In this document: positions 1 through 14,632 of the stretch, in pieces
Layout: every line of letters starts with the position of its first letter
Position numbering within the stretch: the stretch's first letter is position 1
Source of the DNA: Geosiphon pyriformis uo1
Lineage: Eukaryota; Fungi; Glomeromycota
Reading direction: 5' to 3'
Assembly (NCBI GenBank): GCA_016748015.1
Contig: JAAOMT010000258.1
Coordinates: 851,378-915,377 of the forward strand
DNA: 64,000 nt
Notes under the pieces: generated by a model
Told to the model about the DNA's origin: nothing
Seen by the model: only the letters and a program-made list of their open reading frames with translations
Databases searched by the model: none
Position numbers and translations under genes: made by a program

Positions 1-1004
1 GTCCTTTGTAAAAATTAAGCTTTTGTCTTTCCTTCAGGTGGTTGTGAAATTCAGAGAATTGGAATTTTTTCATATTTCCAGATTTAATTTGTGAATGTCA
101 TTAAAATTTCTCATCCTGTTTTAAATAGAATTGCGTGTAATAATATCGTGGTTCAATAATTATAATTTTATCCGGACTTCTCTACCAAACACATTGTCAG
201 GTTACATTATTGTTTATCAAAAAAAAAGGTTTTTTGCAGGATTAGCAAAAATTAAAGTTCCAGCCAAAAACTAGATTTCGACCTCAATAAGTAACCATTT
301 TATGGAGAATGCTACAGATTTTTTCCGAAGCATGATATTATTGTCCATCGTTTAACAAAATCGTTATTACTCGAGTATGGGAACCATAATTTTACCAGCG
401 AGTTTCGCGATCTTGAGAAGTTGGTTTCCAATTTAGGAGATTTCATGAATCATAGTATGTAAAATTAAATATCCTTAAAATTATTTTGTCCTTCGAAACA
501 TTTTTGATTTCCGCTAGCTAAATCTTTTACTATTCAGGGACCGAATGATAATTAACTACGGAATAACAGTTAAACTTGTAAAAAAATCAAAAAGAATTAA
601 TTGGTGATATATCGTTGCAGCTGTACTCAAACATTAGATGCATCAAATCATCTAGTGCATTTGATATTAATTCAAAGCATATATGATTGGGGAGTTACCC
701 AAGTGTCATGCAACAGCTGAGGAACCTAATTTCAACATGAATGGTGATCTATAATATTAATACTATTTTTTAAAAATGGAATTGTCCAATTCTAAAATGT
801 ATATCATTGATTAGTTTTTATAATGTGTTCAGGATTAATAATATTCAATAATCATATGAGAGGGGTGAATTTAAAAAAGAAACATAAAATTAGAAAGCTC
901 CCCACAAAATAATCAAAAATTTTTGCCGCTTATTTTAAGCAAAAACAATTCGTGAAAGTCTAATTTATCCTAGACTTTCCGTTTATTACTTTTCTAAATC
1001 ATCC

Positions 1005-1028
1005 TCATCATCATCATCATCATCATCA
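1005..1028. repeat. (TCA)8 microsatellite in 5' region of methyltransferase gene
   Basis: Directly read tcatcatca... run ~70 bp upstream of ATG 1099. Confidence 0.9.
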
Positions 1029-1098
1029 GTCCAATCTTCTCGACTCTCAATCTTTGGACACATATTAACGAAAAGGAAATAAATTTGTTTTAAAAAAA

Positions 1099-2206
1099 AT
1101 GGGTCTTGGTTCTAGTAAATTTAACATTCGTTTAAATCATCATCATCATAATAATCGAGGTGGAGGACAAAATTCAAAGGGTTCAAAGGGTTCAAATAAT
1201 TCCTTATTGAATATAAATGACGACGAGATTGATCGAGTACAGTTACAGCATCATGTTGGAAAATGTTATTGGGGTGCAAATTTTTCAGCACCATTATTGG
1301 AACAATTGAGAAATGGAGAAGCTAATGTGTTAGATGTTGGGTGGGTATAAAAAAACACGTTTTTTAGTTCACTCTTCTCCTTCTTTTTTCTAGTTAAAAG
1401 ATTTCAAAAAAACAAACAAACAAACTTTAACTCTGAATTCCCATCTGTTTAATCTCTAGATGCGGTCCCGCAACGTGGCTGTGTGATATGGCGACCGACT
1501 TTCGATGTTCAAATTTTTATGGAGTGGATATTGATCGTACGTTTCCCAATCAGCTACCCTACAATGTACAAATAGTGTTAGCTGATATAACGACGCGGAT
1601 ACCCTTTAAAGACATATTCGACCTGGTCTATATGCGTCACATGTTATCCTATTTCATTGATGCTCAATGGGAAAAAAGAATTATTCCTGAACTCCTAAGA
1701 GTCACCAAGAGTGGTGGGTATATTGAGATTCAAGAGGCGGAGTATGGATTTCAAAGGCCTGGACCAATTTTGGCCGATTTTGAGGCAAAAGGTAATTTTA
1801 GATTCATTTGGGAAGTTAATATGAATGATTGCCTTGAAGTATTTCAAAGATCTTAACTCTGAGTTTTTCCTTAAATAATATTTTAATTTTCCAATCAGGT
1901 ATCAATATAGTAAGAAAAAGAAGTCGAGATCCATTGTTTATCAGAAGGTTACCAACCTTATTAAATAATACAGGGCAGTTTGGACCAGTTCGTGAAGAAG
2001 AACGGACATATCGATTAGGTCGTTGGGGTGGAGAGCTAGGGGAAATGATGGCAACGAATGTATTTAGTATGCTCTTGTTCGTATTGACGAGAGCCAAGGT
2101 CATCGAGAAGAATGATATACCGAGAATTATGCAGACGCTAAGGACTGAATTAGAAAAGCAGTCAACCACTGTGAAATATTACAGATACTATGCTCAAAAA
2201 CTATAG
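1099..2206 (+). CDS. Class I SAM-dependent methyltransferase (LaeA/TAM-like, Methyltransf_25 type), 3 exons join(1099..1340,1460..1791,1899..2206), 293 aa
   Basis: GT-AG splicing restores motif I VLDVGCGPATW; also FYGVD, FDLVYMR and LLRVTKSGGYIEIQE motifs; spliced length 882 nt is in frame; N-terminal MGLGSSK myristoylation-like motif. Confidence 0.9.
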
Positions 2207-3449
2207 CATCTGATGAATGAAAATTTTGATGACAAGATTTAATGATATTTTGATGAATCTGCCTCAACTCTTTGGCTTTTCGTCCCAAAAAATTTCCCAC
2301 ACTTTTTTTATTTAAAATTGATCCAGAAAACTAATTATTTTCTGTTCATAAAATTTTTACTACATAGTATGGTATTATTATTATTAAGTGACCCAAAAAT
2401 TTTTACATCCTCTCACTTATTCTATTTTATCTATATCTTAGTAGTAGTAATTTACAATATTTATAATCGAAATCATTCTGCAAGCCAAATTTTACATTCT
2501 ATATAGCGAGAAACTTTTTTTCCTATTCATGCTGCTTTGCACCCTTAAATATTTTGATCTTCTTAAAAATAATTCTCTCTTTCCAATTCCTTTTCACAAA
2601 ATTTCTTCCCAACTCCCGTTTCAATATGTAAATAATAATAATAATGATAATACTAACTAGTGAATCTTACTCTCCATAAAAATTTTAGTATATGGTACGT
2701 TAGTTACCTAAACACACACACGAAAAGAATTGACTATGCGAAGATCTATATGATAAATCTCAATTTCTACATGACCCCCGAAAATCCATAATACAAACGT
2801 ATATCATGAGATTTCCTTTTTATTAATACTTTAGGAAATATTACCCAATAAAATTATTAGCTAGATTTCCAAAATTCAAATGATTGTGATACCTGAAGAT
2901 TACACAAGCATATGTAACCGTTAGGCAAACCTGTACCTTGGTTCTATCCACCAATAATAAAATGTTTTTGTTAATGAAATGTAACAGATTAAAATTTTTT
3001 AGTATATTCATTGGTTCAAATTGTTTGGTTAGTTTGCGACACACGAAACTTTAATTTTTTTCTGTGATTGGATTTAAGTTGAAAATCATAACGATTGGTA
3101 ATTTATGAAAATTTTTCGGTTCAAGAATTTGGACCTTACTAATATAGAAAGGTTAGAGTTCCTGGTACTTATACCAAACACAAAAACCTAGAACATATTA
3201 CAATGTGCATCATTTGAAGCGAATTAAGGAGGTAATTGCAAATTGTAACTTAGCAGTTGTATGTTTAAGGATATTCCTAAAAATGTGCGATTCCACAACT
3301 TTAGCAAGTTCATATTCTTGTAAACTGTCAGATGGTCTTAGATTTCGATCTTTAATTGGCAAGTATGAAAATATATATTATCCTTTTTCTTTTCGAGTTC
3401 CGGACTAAAAATATTGTTTGCCAATTAAAATTGACACAGTCAATGGTCA

Positions 3450-3706
3450 AAAGAATCTATTTTGTAAACAAATGCTGTGTTAATATTTTGTTTATAAAAA
3501 TATATAGCAAAGCATAATAAATAGTTACTGAATGAAGAAAAAATCTAATTAAAATATTGTGTTCTATTCATTAAAAATAACAGAAAATTATCTTTCGAAA
3601 TAAAATTAAATAAATTTAAATAAGTTTTACAATTACAATAGCTTAAAAATTTAGAAACCTTAGTTTTTGATCAAATTCAGATTTACTCATCTAATGGTGA
3701 AGTAAT

Positions 3707-3747
<41 letters not shown>

Positions 3748-6700
3748 TATTAACCAAATTTTTGCTGATGGGCATAAATGTTGTATTGTGAATTTTCAAG
3801 CATTTTTCAATTCATTTTTGATTAAATATAAAGTATGCGAGGCACTGGATGCTTCTAGTGAATATAAACTCCAAGTATATTTAACTTTTTTCAGTTCTAG
3901 TGAAAGAACTTATCTTATTGGAGAGTAGTAATATTATATATGTCACAAATATTTTCAAATTAAAATTTTTATGAATATTAGTAAAACAGATTTGTCTTAA
4001 CATCATTTAAATTTAAAATACTATTAAAAAGGTGTATTTATTTTTGAAAACAAAGAAATTTTCAAAAAGCATATCATCAAATATATCAAATATCACATAT
4101 TTTTGGTGAAAAGACATAATATTTGAAAGCTCTGGTTATTTAATGATTTTGTTTTATTTTTAAGTTTCTCAATTAAATTAATAAACTTTTATAAAAATTA
4201 AAAATAAATGAAACTATAACATGTCTTTGTAATCATATTTTAGTTAAATGCAAATACTTAAATTTGCAAAAATGCTTTTGATGTTTGATTAATATTATTA
4301 TGAAATTGTATGCTTGAATATTTATCTTCTCAAATTAAAGATTTTTTCACTTGTATATTTTGAAATTCGATTCACCATCAAAATTTCAAAAACCTGAGGC
4401 AAGAGTATAAAGTTTAAAAAAGTTTTTTTTGACAAAACTTTTCAATATTTTTTAGTATAGTTTTAAGCACCTCTTTTAAATAAATTTAAGGCTTTTGAGG
4501 TTCTCTATCAAATCAACTTTTTATAAATAATTAATTTTGGTTATTACTAACAATTTGAGTTATTCATTTTGAAATTAGATATATTTTTAATCAAGTTTTT
4601 AATGATATATAGACTTTTATGCTTAAAAGATCAAGAAGTTTATTTTTTAACTGGTTTTAGTTTATAGATGACATTTATACTTTTCTGAGGTTAAATTTCA
4701 AACTAAAACGACAAGCATAAAATGTAAACCATCTTGAGAATATTTACAGTTTTATTGCAAAACCAAACCAATATCCCTTACTTATAAGAGTTTCTTCTAG
4801 TAAATTTCTGATAGCCATCAAAAAAACAAAGTGGATTATAAAATTAACCACTCATTGCCAGAAATTTACATTTGGCAACTATTTATAAACCGTTTCTGTC
4901 ACCTTAAGGTTTTAAACATTGCTGAATAAATTTTGGGGATAAAACCAAAGATAGGACCATCTAATACAATGATACACCATTTTACAACACTAGAAAAAAT
5001 TGAAACAGTCATATGAAATTTAAGTTTAAATATATTTTTTCAGATTTGTCTCAAAAATTTTTTTTTGCTGACAATCAAAGCTAAAAAAATAATAAACCTT
5101 TTTTTTATGTCATCAGATACTAAAACCTTATTTCAAAATTATAAAATTTCTGAGCCTAATAATATCAAAAATTGTTTTATTCCAAACAACAACAAAATGA
5201 CTTTACAACGCGTTAAAGATATTTCATATTTAGAATTAAAACTTTCAAACACACTAAAAATCTATTCTATCAAAATTTTAAGTCCTTTGAAACAACTCAA
5301 TATAATTATTTATGTTAGGATTTGCAAAAGAACATATTTCAAATTCATAATTTCTTTAATATTTTGCCTAATTACAAAAAAAATATAAGGCTTTGAAAAT
5401 TTTAAAGTACCATTAATTTATGATGATTCACACAAACAGAGTAACTATAATTTAATAATCACTTTTGGAAAGAGATTTATAATATTATTTATGATATATT
5501 TTTTTGAATTGAAGTATTCTAATGATAAATTAAAATATCTCAAAAAAAATAACCAGTTTGTAAAAAATTTTTGAAAACTAATATTATACAAATTTCATTA
5601 GAAATAATAAAAAACAATTTTAAAATGCTAAAAATATTCAAAAATTGAAATATTCAAATATTTTCAAAAACAATTTCATCATTAAAATTATTCTTGAATA
5701 TTCTCTTTCCACTTTTTTATGGCTTTCGACAAATTAGATTTTAGACATAGTATTAATTTTAAATACAATGGCTTATTATTTTCAAAATTTATATTGAACG
5801 ATAAAATTTATTCAAACAATTTATTATTATAATTTAAAAATGATAATCTTCTTTTATAATACCAGCTATTTTGTAAATTAATTTGTAATTAATTCTTTTG
5901 GAAGCAATTTTTTAATGTCACTTTAAAAATAAATTAATTATTCAAAAATTTTACAATTTAATGTTTAATAATCTGGTTTGAAAAATGTACAACTTGATTA
6001 TACGAAAAAATAAAAGCCATAAAAATCAGCAATTTTAAAATTTTAAAATTTTCAAAAGTTACACACTTAATAAACCGCCTTTTTATTGATGTTTCAGAGG
6101 TCCTGGTTACCAGATAGAAGTATTTTCATAATTATTTTATTTCTAGAAAAAAATGCTAAAATGTCAAAAAATCTTTTTCTAGAGGTAAAAGTAAGCTTCA
6201 TGCTGATAGCTACAAGAAAAACGCAAAGTTGGATGCCACAATTGTGACAAAAGATAAATGGAGAGTGAGATTTTAACAATAATCTGGATAATAAGATGGC
6301 ATCAAAGATGCATAGAATCAAAATAAACTTGTGAAAACAGATTGATTTTATATACAACGGGCTACCGAATACTCATAAGAGGCAAATAGTTTGTTATTGA
6401 GCTTCAAAGAAGTGGAGGTATGTTTTCAGATGATTATTTGTTTTTGGTCATGTAAATTTTTCAAAAACCATGACCAGAAATATATATTTTTCGGTAAATA
6501 ATCTCATGATAACTTTATTCACTTATGAAAATAAATATTAAGATTCCATTTTTTTGTACTTTATAATATATATACAAAAAACAATTGTTGATTGAAAAAT
6601 AAATTTAATTTAGATATCAAAAAGTACATAATTTAATTATTGATTGTTAAATAAATTTGCTTAAAGTGATATTTTGTAAATTAATATGTTTTATTAATTG

Positions 6701-9150
6701 AAATTGATTAAATGCATTGAATGAATCAAATACAGACTTTGAAATTTAAAAAAATTTGAATTGTTAAAATTAACAATATTTCAAATTAGAATAATAAGCT
6801 AAAAAACAGCCAAGATAAAATAATAAAAGTAATAAAAATAAACAAAAAATTGAATATGTAAATTCAATTAAGAAATTAGTTTTGAAGTATTAGTTTTTAA
6901 TTTAAAAATAATTTGTAATTGTTTACAAAAATAATGCAGTTATTATAATTTTGTTTTAGTAATTAAGTTTCATATTATTAAAACTAACTTTTTAAAAAGA
7001 AATTACTGATTTGAACAAATAGATTATGATATTAAAAGATTTAATTATGAAATTTCTAGAAAATAGCATTAAAAAAATTCGAAATTAATTTAAAAACCAA
7101 AACATTAGCAAAACTTTTATTATAGTATTACAAACTTAAAAAAATTAAAAGCCAAAATGAAAATATTATTTATTTTTTAAATATTTTGTTAGAAATAAAT
7201 TTAGAAAATTATTTTAAAATAATAGAAATATATAATACAAACAAATTCAGATTTAAAAAATTGGTAGTTAATTGAAAAAATTATTTAAATACTAAGTTAT
7301 ATAAAACAAAATTGCCTAAAATTATTTTTATTTAGAATATTATAACTAATAAGAGATACATAATTAAAAGTGTTTTAAAAAACTGTTTTAAAAAATGAGT
7401 TTAAATTATTTAATACATGATAATAATATAATATTTAAGTTTAAAAAAATCAAACAAAAAATAAATTAAATTATAAATAAATAAACTTAAAAAAATATTA
7501 TTTATTATATTAAATATTTTAAGTACTTAATATAAATAACTTAAATATATAAAAAAAATATTTACAATATTATGATATAATTAGGTTGTTAATTACAAAC
7601 TTTATAGTTATTTAAAGATAAAACTTTAAAAACAAAAGATTTTTAACAAAAAATTTGAAAACAGTATGACTAATTAATTTATGTTTTGTTTCTAAAACTA
7701 TTTAATATTTTTAATTTAAAAATAGATTTATATAATAAAACTAAAGCTTGAATTTTCATAATTTTAGAGTTATATAATTGATAAAATATTTTAACTAACA
7801 TTAAATTTATTAATTATATTTTAACTATTTATAATTGAAAAAAGTTTTAAAAAGAATAGAAAAAATTAATTAATACTGTATAAAGTCTATAAATTTATTG
7901 AATAAAAGCATTTGAAAAAAATTAATCAAAATTAAAATATACAAAAAATTTGGGCATTTTTTTATATTTATTTACAAACAACACAAAAACAAAATAATAA
8001 TAGATTTTTGTTTAATTAATAATTTTTAAATTTGTAATAGCTTAATTAATTAGTTTTTTATTAATAATATTAATAATATTAATAAAAAAACAAATTGGTT
8101 TAATTTAAAATATTTGTATAGCTGTATGGCTATTATTTATTCAGATAGTATTATTTTACAAAAGTATTAATGATGTAATAAAGCATTAAACTATTTTTAC
8201 AGTCTTATATATTCAATTTTTTAATAATTTTTAAGTTCAATTTATAATCATAAATTTTTTTTCAGTTTACTTTATATAGCAATAAATGCTAAAATATCTA
8301 CTAAAGCAAAAAGACATTTTGTTTGCTATTTTTAGTAATTAAAAAAAAAATATATTAACTTGAAAATAAATTATTAACATAATTACACTAAATAAACTTT
8401 ACTGCTATCTAAAAATTATGTTTTTATAATAATTCTATTGTAAAAAAAACTAATAAACATCTTTATCTTTGTGTATAAAAAATTAATTTTAAAAAAACAG
8501 TTTATAAACTTAGTTTATTAATATTAAAGCTTATTATATTAGCTTAATTATATTAGTAAAATAATTATTAAGAAATAATATAAATATTAAAACTAACTGA
8601 TCTAAGATATTTTTTGAAAAGACTATTTATTATTTGTGTTTTTATGATATATATATATATATAATTATAAGATAATGGTAATATTAAAGTTAGCAAAAAC
8701 TAAAGATTTATAACTTACATATATTGAAGTAAAAACTTAAAAATTTGTTAATTATTTTTATAAAAATAAGATTTAATTTAAAAAATTACTATCTAAAAAA
8801 TATTATTATTATTAATGTATTTTTTGAAGCTTAATATTAATACAATAGTAGTAAACATATTAGATAAAACCAAAAATATTTGAATTGGTACATATGTTAA
8901 AAATCTTAGCATTTATTAAATAAAACGGTTTTTAATAAAGAAGACAATGAATAATAAATTATTAAGCATGATATATTTAATCAATTTAATGAATTTATCC
9001 TGTTTATTCACATTGAAAATTTTTTTGATTAAAATTTACTTGTGCATAGTATTTAGCACAGCTTTTATAATCTTATTTTCAAAGAAATATGGGTTATTTT
9101 TGGTGGATTTTGATTTGAATAAAGAAAACTTCTAAAAAATACTAATATGT
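3450..9150. other. Extremely AT-rich tract, probably decayed repeats
   Basis: Very few G/C, no credible ORFs; boundaries approximate. Confidence 0.55.
3711..3752. repeat. (TTA)n microsatellite
   Basis: Direct read, one TTA>CTA interruption. Confidence 0.85.
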
Positions 9151-9425
9151 TGTTGTATGATAACTGTTTTTTGGAATCTTATTCTTGTTCCTCAAAAATG
9201 AAATTTAACTTGCAGTGGGAATTATTGAAACTTCGAAATAAAATGAGTTTTAATGGACTTGTGTTATATAAAAGTTTTCTGTTAAAAGAACTTTAAACGA
9301 TATTAAATGATACTTTTTTAAAAAATTTCCTGCAGCAGGTTGATCATTTCCTAATCAATGCATATTAATATTAATATAAAATTAAAATACCATTCTTTTT
9401 AAAATCAACTTTTCATATCTTATCA

Positions 9426-10900
9426 ATGGCACCCCAACAACTCTTTCACGCTTTATCTCACGATTTCGAGAGCTTATTGAATAGTCAGAATTTGTCTGAT
9501 GTTAAGATTATTGTAGGCGAAGCGCCTAATACTAGAACTTTTCATGCTCATTCTCAAATTTTAGCGGCAAGATCCTCGTATTTTGCTATAGCACTCTCTG
9601 GTGATTGGGTTAAAAGAGAAAATAAGACTATCGTCTTTTCTAAACCTAATATATCGCCAGATATTTTTGAAAAAATTCTTCGGTGAGTAATTTTGTTTGC
9701 TTAATATTTCTATTCATGACTATTTAAATATTTTTATTTTATCTAGATACATTTATAGTGGTGAAATATCTCTTAATGAACACGGACCACTTACAATCTT
9801 AGAATTGCTTATTGCCACTGACGAGCTTATTCTAGAAAAACTTACTGACCACCTTGAAGATTATTTAATTGAACATCATGCAAAAGAGTTGGAAGAAAAT
9901 TTTGTTACCTTTCATGAAACATCCTTCATCCATCATTCGTTCAAAAAGCTACAAAAGTTCTGCACCGAAATAGCTGTCAAAAATCCATCTGCAGTCTTTA
10001 ACTCTCAAGATTTTACCTCCCTTAATAAATATGCTCTTTGCTCAATTTTATCCCGGGATGACCTAAATATGGAAGAAAGTAAAATATGGGAAAAGATTAT
10101 AGAATGGGGAGTCGCTAAATTAAGCAATGGGATTCAATTGGAAAAAGTTCTTAATTGGATAGGTGAAAACTTTGAGAACTTCTACCTTTAATCCGGTTCT
10201 TTAACATCTTTTCAGTTGACTTTTATTATAAAGTAAAGCCATTTGCGAGAATTTTATCTGGAACCTTATATGAAGATCTTTTACACCATTATCTAGTACC
10301 AGGGAGTCATCAAAAATCTGTTGACGCTCAGCCATTACGGTTTTCACGATCAAATTTTGATTCAAGGCTTCTCCAATCGCATAATATAAAACAACTCGAT
10401 CATTGGATTCAAGGCAAAGACGAAAATACTCCTTTGGAAGATCAACTTGAAAATGAATTTAAATTACTACTTCGAGGCAGTCGAGACGGATTCTCACCAA
10501 ATGATTTTCATCGGTTATGTGATAACAAAGGAGCAACAGTTACTGTAATCAAAGTCAAAGGGACTGGTCAATTGATTGGCGGCTATAACCCAGAATCTTG
10601 GCATTCTCGTGGCGAATTGATAGATGGAGAGGGAAATTTTATTTTTTCCCTTGGAGATGGCAAAGCTCAAAATGCCAAACTTAGCAAGTTGATTAGCAAA
10701 AATGGACCTTTTTGTCATAAAGAGTTTGGACCCCAATTTGGCAATTATAGTATTCGAACCCAGAGCAGTAATTTTCAATCTATTCCATGCAGTTGTAAAA
10801 AGGAAACAAATTATGAGCACATTATAATGCCTGGGTCAGAAAATACAGCGGTAGAAATTTATTTGATGATTATGAGGTTTTTCAAATCATCAAAAATTAA
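9426..10900 (+). pseudogene. BTB/POZ-BACK-TLDc domain protein, two frameshifts
   Basis: Exon 1 9426..9682 (SDVKIIVGE..FHAHSQILAARSSYF), intron 9683..9746, BACK-like LSRDDLNMEESKIWEKIIEWG; frameshift ~10182 (ENF/LPLIRFF); TLDc LLLRGSRDGFSPNDFHRLCDNKG..IGGYNP; second frameshift ~10845 before DDYEVFQIIKN* ending at 10900. Confidence 0.85.
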
Positions 10901-12879
10901 ATCACTGGATTAGATATTTTCTTAAGGTTAAGCTAAATAGGACTCCTAATTTTGAAATTTGTACTTACAGAATCATTTATAGTCAATCGCTCTTGTCCCC
11001 TTCCAAGAAAGCCAAATTCGCAAATAAAATCTTATTTTAAACGCAGTACATTCTAAATAGGATTATTAATGAATCTTTTTTTAGAGAACAGTTTCTTACT
11101 TTTTGAATAAAAACATAAGAATTACCCACATCAAATTTTAATATCGAGCGATCTTTCGAAGTTTAGGCATAAGTCAAACTCAATAAACAATACGTTATCA
11201 AAACAAAAGTCGAGATTAAATAGCGATAGAAAATAATAAATTTGGATAAAAAGTTAAATATACGTAACTGGTATAAGTTTTCCTAAAAAAAGCAATATAT
11301 ATATAACTTTTTGTTATGATGGAACTTGTAAGATATGTTATATTTATAAAAATCAGTGATTGATTTCAGAAAATATGATATATTTATAAATATCAAATAG
11401 TTATTAATTTTTCTTTTAATATATTTTTCAGTTTGATAAATAGAGCCTAATTTTAATAAACCCAAACACATTAATCTATTCAGAAGCCAGATATTTATAA
11501 TTTTTATTATAATCTGACTTTATGGTGTCTGCATAAAATTTAGGTAATCTAATTTCTAATTATATCCACATATATTAAGAAACACATATCAAAGAAAAAT
11601 AAATGTTGGTAATGAATGGGGATTCCAATAGTATAACAATCCGAAGCATAGCCAAAAAATAATTTTAAATTTTTTTCCGAAATGATGGTAATGTAAAACA
11701 ACGAATGCCAGGATATCTATTAGAATTTGAGCATTTTGTAATGAAAAAGCGAGAAGATATTTTGCATGATATTTTAAATAAGTTAAGTAACTACTAATAA
11801 AACTTGGGACTGTACATATTATAAGTATAACCATTTTCAATTACCGAACGAGCCATTTAGTGTAAAACTGTCATTACACAATGTAATTGTTATCCTTATT
11901 ATCATTATCATTATTCTATTATTATACACTTAATATTTAATATTTAATTTACTTTATAAATTCCAACTTATAGATTTTAAAGAATCTGTCTATCCCCTTG
12001 AAAGCAAGAATATAAAAAAATTGAGAATATAATTAAATTTAATTATATAATGCTTATTATTTGACTATGTTGGAATGACTCTTAATAAATGTAATAGCAA
12101 TCTTTTCATAAGATATATATTTATTCTATATTATATTGACTGTACCATTTTTTATACTCCATTCAATATATTTTAAAATACATTGTATATATTTTAGAGT
12201 TATTATTATTTTTTATTTTTTAAATTTATTAATAATTTTTATAAAAATTAAAGTCAAAAATTCTTAAGGTGGTTTAATAAATGCTATAATATAAATTATC
12301 ATTCAAAAAAAGATTCTGTTTATAAAATTCAATTATATTGTGGTGTGAAAATTGCAAAATTCAAATATGAAAACATTGAATTAATAATTAAATTCATTAA
12401 AAATATTTTTGGTTTATTAATAAAAATTATTATAAAAATATTGGTCTTAATGTTTATAATCAAATTATCAAATTTGTTAAATATATGTTAATACTGAATC
12501 TAAAAGCTAGTTCGTTTTTAAATTTTGATTTTTGATAAATTAAATTAGTTTTCATTTAAATTTGGTCTATAAATTGATAATTATTAATATACCACATCAA
12601 TTTGAAATATACTGTGGCAGATTTAATATAAATTTAAGTTTTATAAAGTGCGTAAAATTATATTCTGACTTTATTAAATTTATTAATTTTTTCTTTAAGG
12701 AAATATACATCACAAATTTTTTTTGAAGTGTTTACTTTTTTAATGGGTCGAATAATTTTATAACAAAGTCTACCATATATAAATTACAAAAATAACTGGT
12801 TGAAAAATAAATTATTTGAGCAGTTAAAAGACAATTTATATAAACTAGGCCTTGATGATTTATTGCCAGAAATTTTTGT

Positions 12880-13058
12880 AATGAAATAGCTTTTAACAAT
12901 GCAGCTATAATCTTTAACTCTTGAGATTTTACCTCCTTTAATAAAATACTTTTTCCTTGCTTTTATCCCGGGATGACTTAAATAAGAACAGAAGCAAAAT
13001 ATAGAGAAAATTATGGAATGGGGAGTCGCTAAATCAAGCAATGGCTTCAATTGGAAAG
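12880..13058 (+). pseudogene. Degenerate fragment of a second BTB-BACK gene copy
   Basis: Aligns by eye to ~9965-10147 (ttttatcccgggatgac..aaat..gaatggggagtcgctaaat..agcaatgg..ttcaattggaaa) with indels and stops. Confidence 0.8.
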
Positions 13059-13194
13059 AGAGAGCTTTAAGGCTTTATTGAAATATCTGAAACTAATATT
13101 TTTATTTCCTAGCTTAATAAATTACTTTTGTAAAATTTGATAGTTTGATAAAAATACGAATTTCGAGTTTTAATGTAAACAAATCCCATTTTAA

Positions 13195-13530
13195 GTTTAG
13201 AAATGCCATTGTAGATCCCCAGCTGCGGCTGCCTTCTGATACCAATAGAATGCCTTTAGACTATTCGCATTAATTCCTCGTCACTGTTTATAGCAACTGG
13301 TAAGATTAATCTGGACTACAAGATTACCCAGTCTTGGCTGCTTTTTTGAACTAGACAAAAACTTGGTGCTTATCTTGACTGGTTCCAACCAAGGCAATAT
13401 AACAATACCCGTATCGAGCTTGACCAAATGAATAACCAGTTTCAGTGCTTTTTTTGTTAGAAATTAAAGGCTTGCTATTCATCAGATATTGTGCCCAATC
13501 CGTAGTTATAAAGATACCTAAGCAGACGAG
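13195..13530 (-). pseudogene. Sel1-like repeat protein remnant
   Basis: Minus-strand translation GQARYGYCY..VGTSQDKHQVFV*FKKAA, then QINLTSCYKQ*RGINANSLKAFYWYQKAAAAG, matches the SEL1 consensus; stops and a frameshift. Confidence 0.75.
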
Positions 13531-14312
13531 CAAATTTTGGCTGATGAATTTTCTTGGAGGCAAGTTGAAAAATGCATTCAATAATTTGATTTTGTGAGAA
13601 AATTTACTCTTTGACATCTCGAACTACATAAAAATCTGATTTTTCCTATTTTTTTATTCTTTTTTCAAAAATTTCTTTTTTTAGTAAAAATTTTAAAGTA
13701 ATAGTTACAAAAACATATTTTCATCTATTTGTACAAAAAACTTAATTAGACTTTCATATTTCGGTAAATTTGATATTCTCTTTTTAAAAAGGTTTGATCG
13801 AAATTATTCTTAAAACCCAGTCCCCTTTGCTAACTGATAGAAATTGCTAGAATTTTCAGCTTCAAGAAAAAAAAGAACCATAACACCAGTCATCTTTACA
13901 AGCACTGCCTATAGTATCCCCCTTCTATAGTACCCTTAATATTTACAAATATTGACACAGGAGTTCTGTAATTAAGATTCGAAACAATAATGATGATAAC
14001 AGGGATATGGCAGGGAGATGACAAAAAAAAATTTCTCACTTAGGAAAATTTTAAGGGTTCGAAGTTTGTGCTTTACGCCCATGTAGTTTGTGTAAACCTG
14101 GCACCTCTAACATGAGATAGATCTTGATCGACATTTTCTATATTCCATTTTATCTTCGCTCATAAAAAAAATAGTGATTAAAAATATTTTTGATCAAAAC
14201 AACAAATCTTTTTTGGTTAAGATGAGCTGCTGTTCTAAAATTACATCACTTCGAAGGGGGCTATGTTTATGACTAATGACCCAATAATTCGAAAAAAATT
14301 TTATACAAAACA

Positions 14313-14632
14313 GTCCTTCCTTCCTTTATCGTTCCATTCCTTCCCCTTATCGCTTCTCTTCATTTCTTTATCACTTCGCTTCCCTTCCTTCCTTTCCTTC
14401 CTTTATCATCTCCCTTCCTTCTTCCTTTCTTTATTGCTTCCCTTCCTTCTCTTCTTTATTGCTTTCCTTCTTTCTCCTCCTTTCTTTATCGCTTCCCTTC
14501 TTTCTTTTTCTTTCTTTATCACTTCCCTTCCTTCATTCTTTCCCTTCCTTTTTTTCGTCCCCCCTTTCTTCCATTCTCTTTTTTTTTCTTTTTTTTGTTC
14601 TCCCTTCCTGTCTTTTTCTCTCTCTTCATTCC
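14313..14632. repeat. Polypyrimidine/polypurine low-complexity tract with recurring ctttatc(g/a)cttc(c) motif
   Basis: ~320 bp almost only C/T on + strand. Confidence 0.85.

Noticed and set aside
8240-8400. Possible hAT dimerisation-domain ghost (tct act aaa gca aaa aga cat ttt, ~SAxAERxF)
   Set aside because: Single short motif needing several back-mutations; not distinguishable from chance by eye
11589-11840. Hydrophobic 83-aa minus-strand ORF, perhaps a membrane-protein remnant
   Set aside because: No convincing exon structure or motif; cannot support a call
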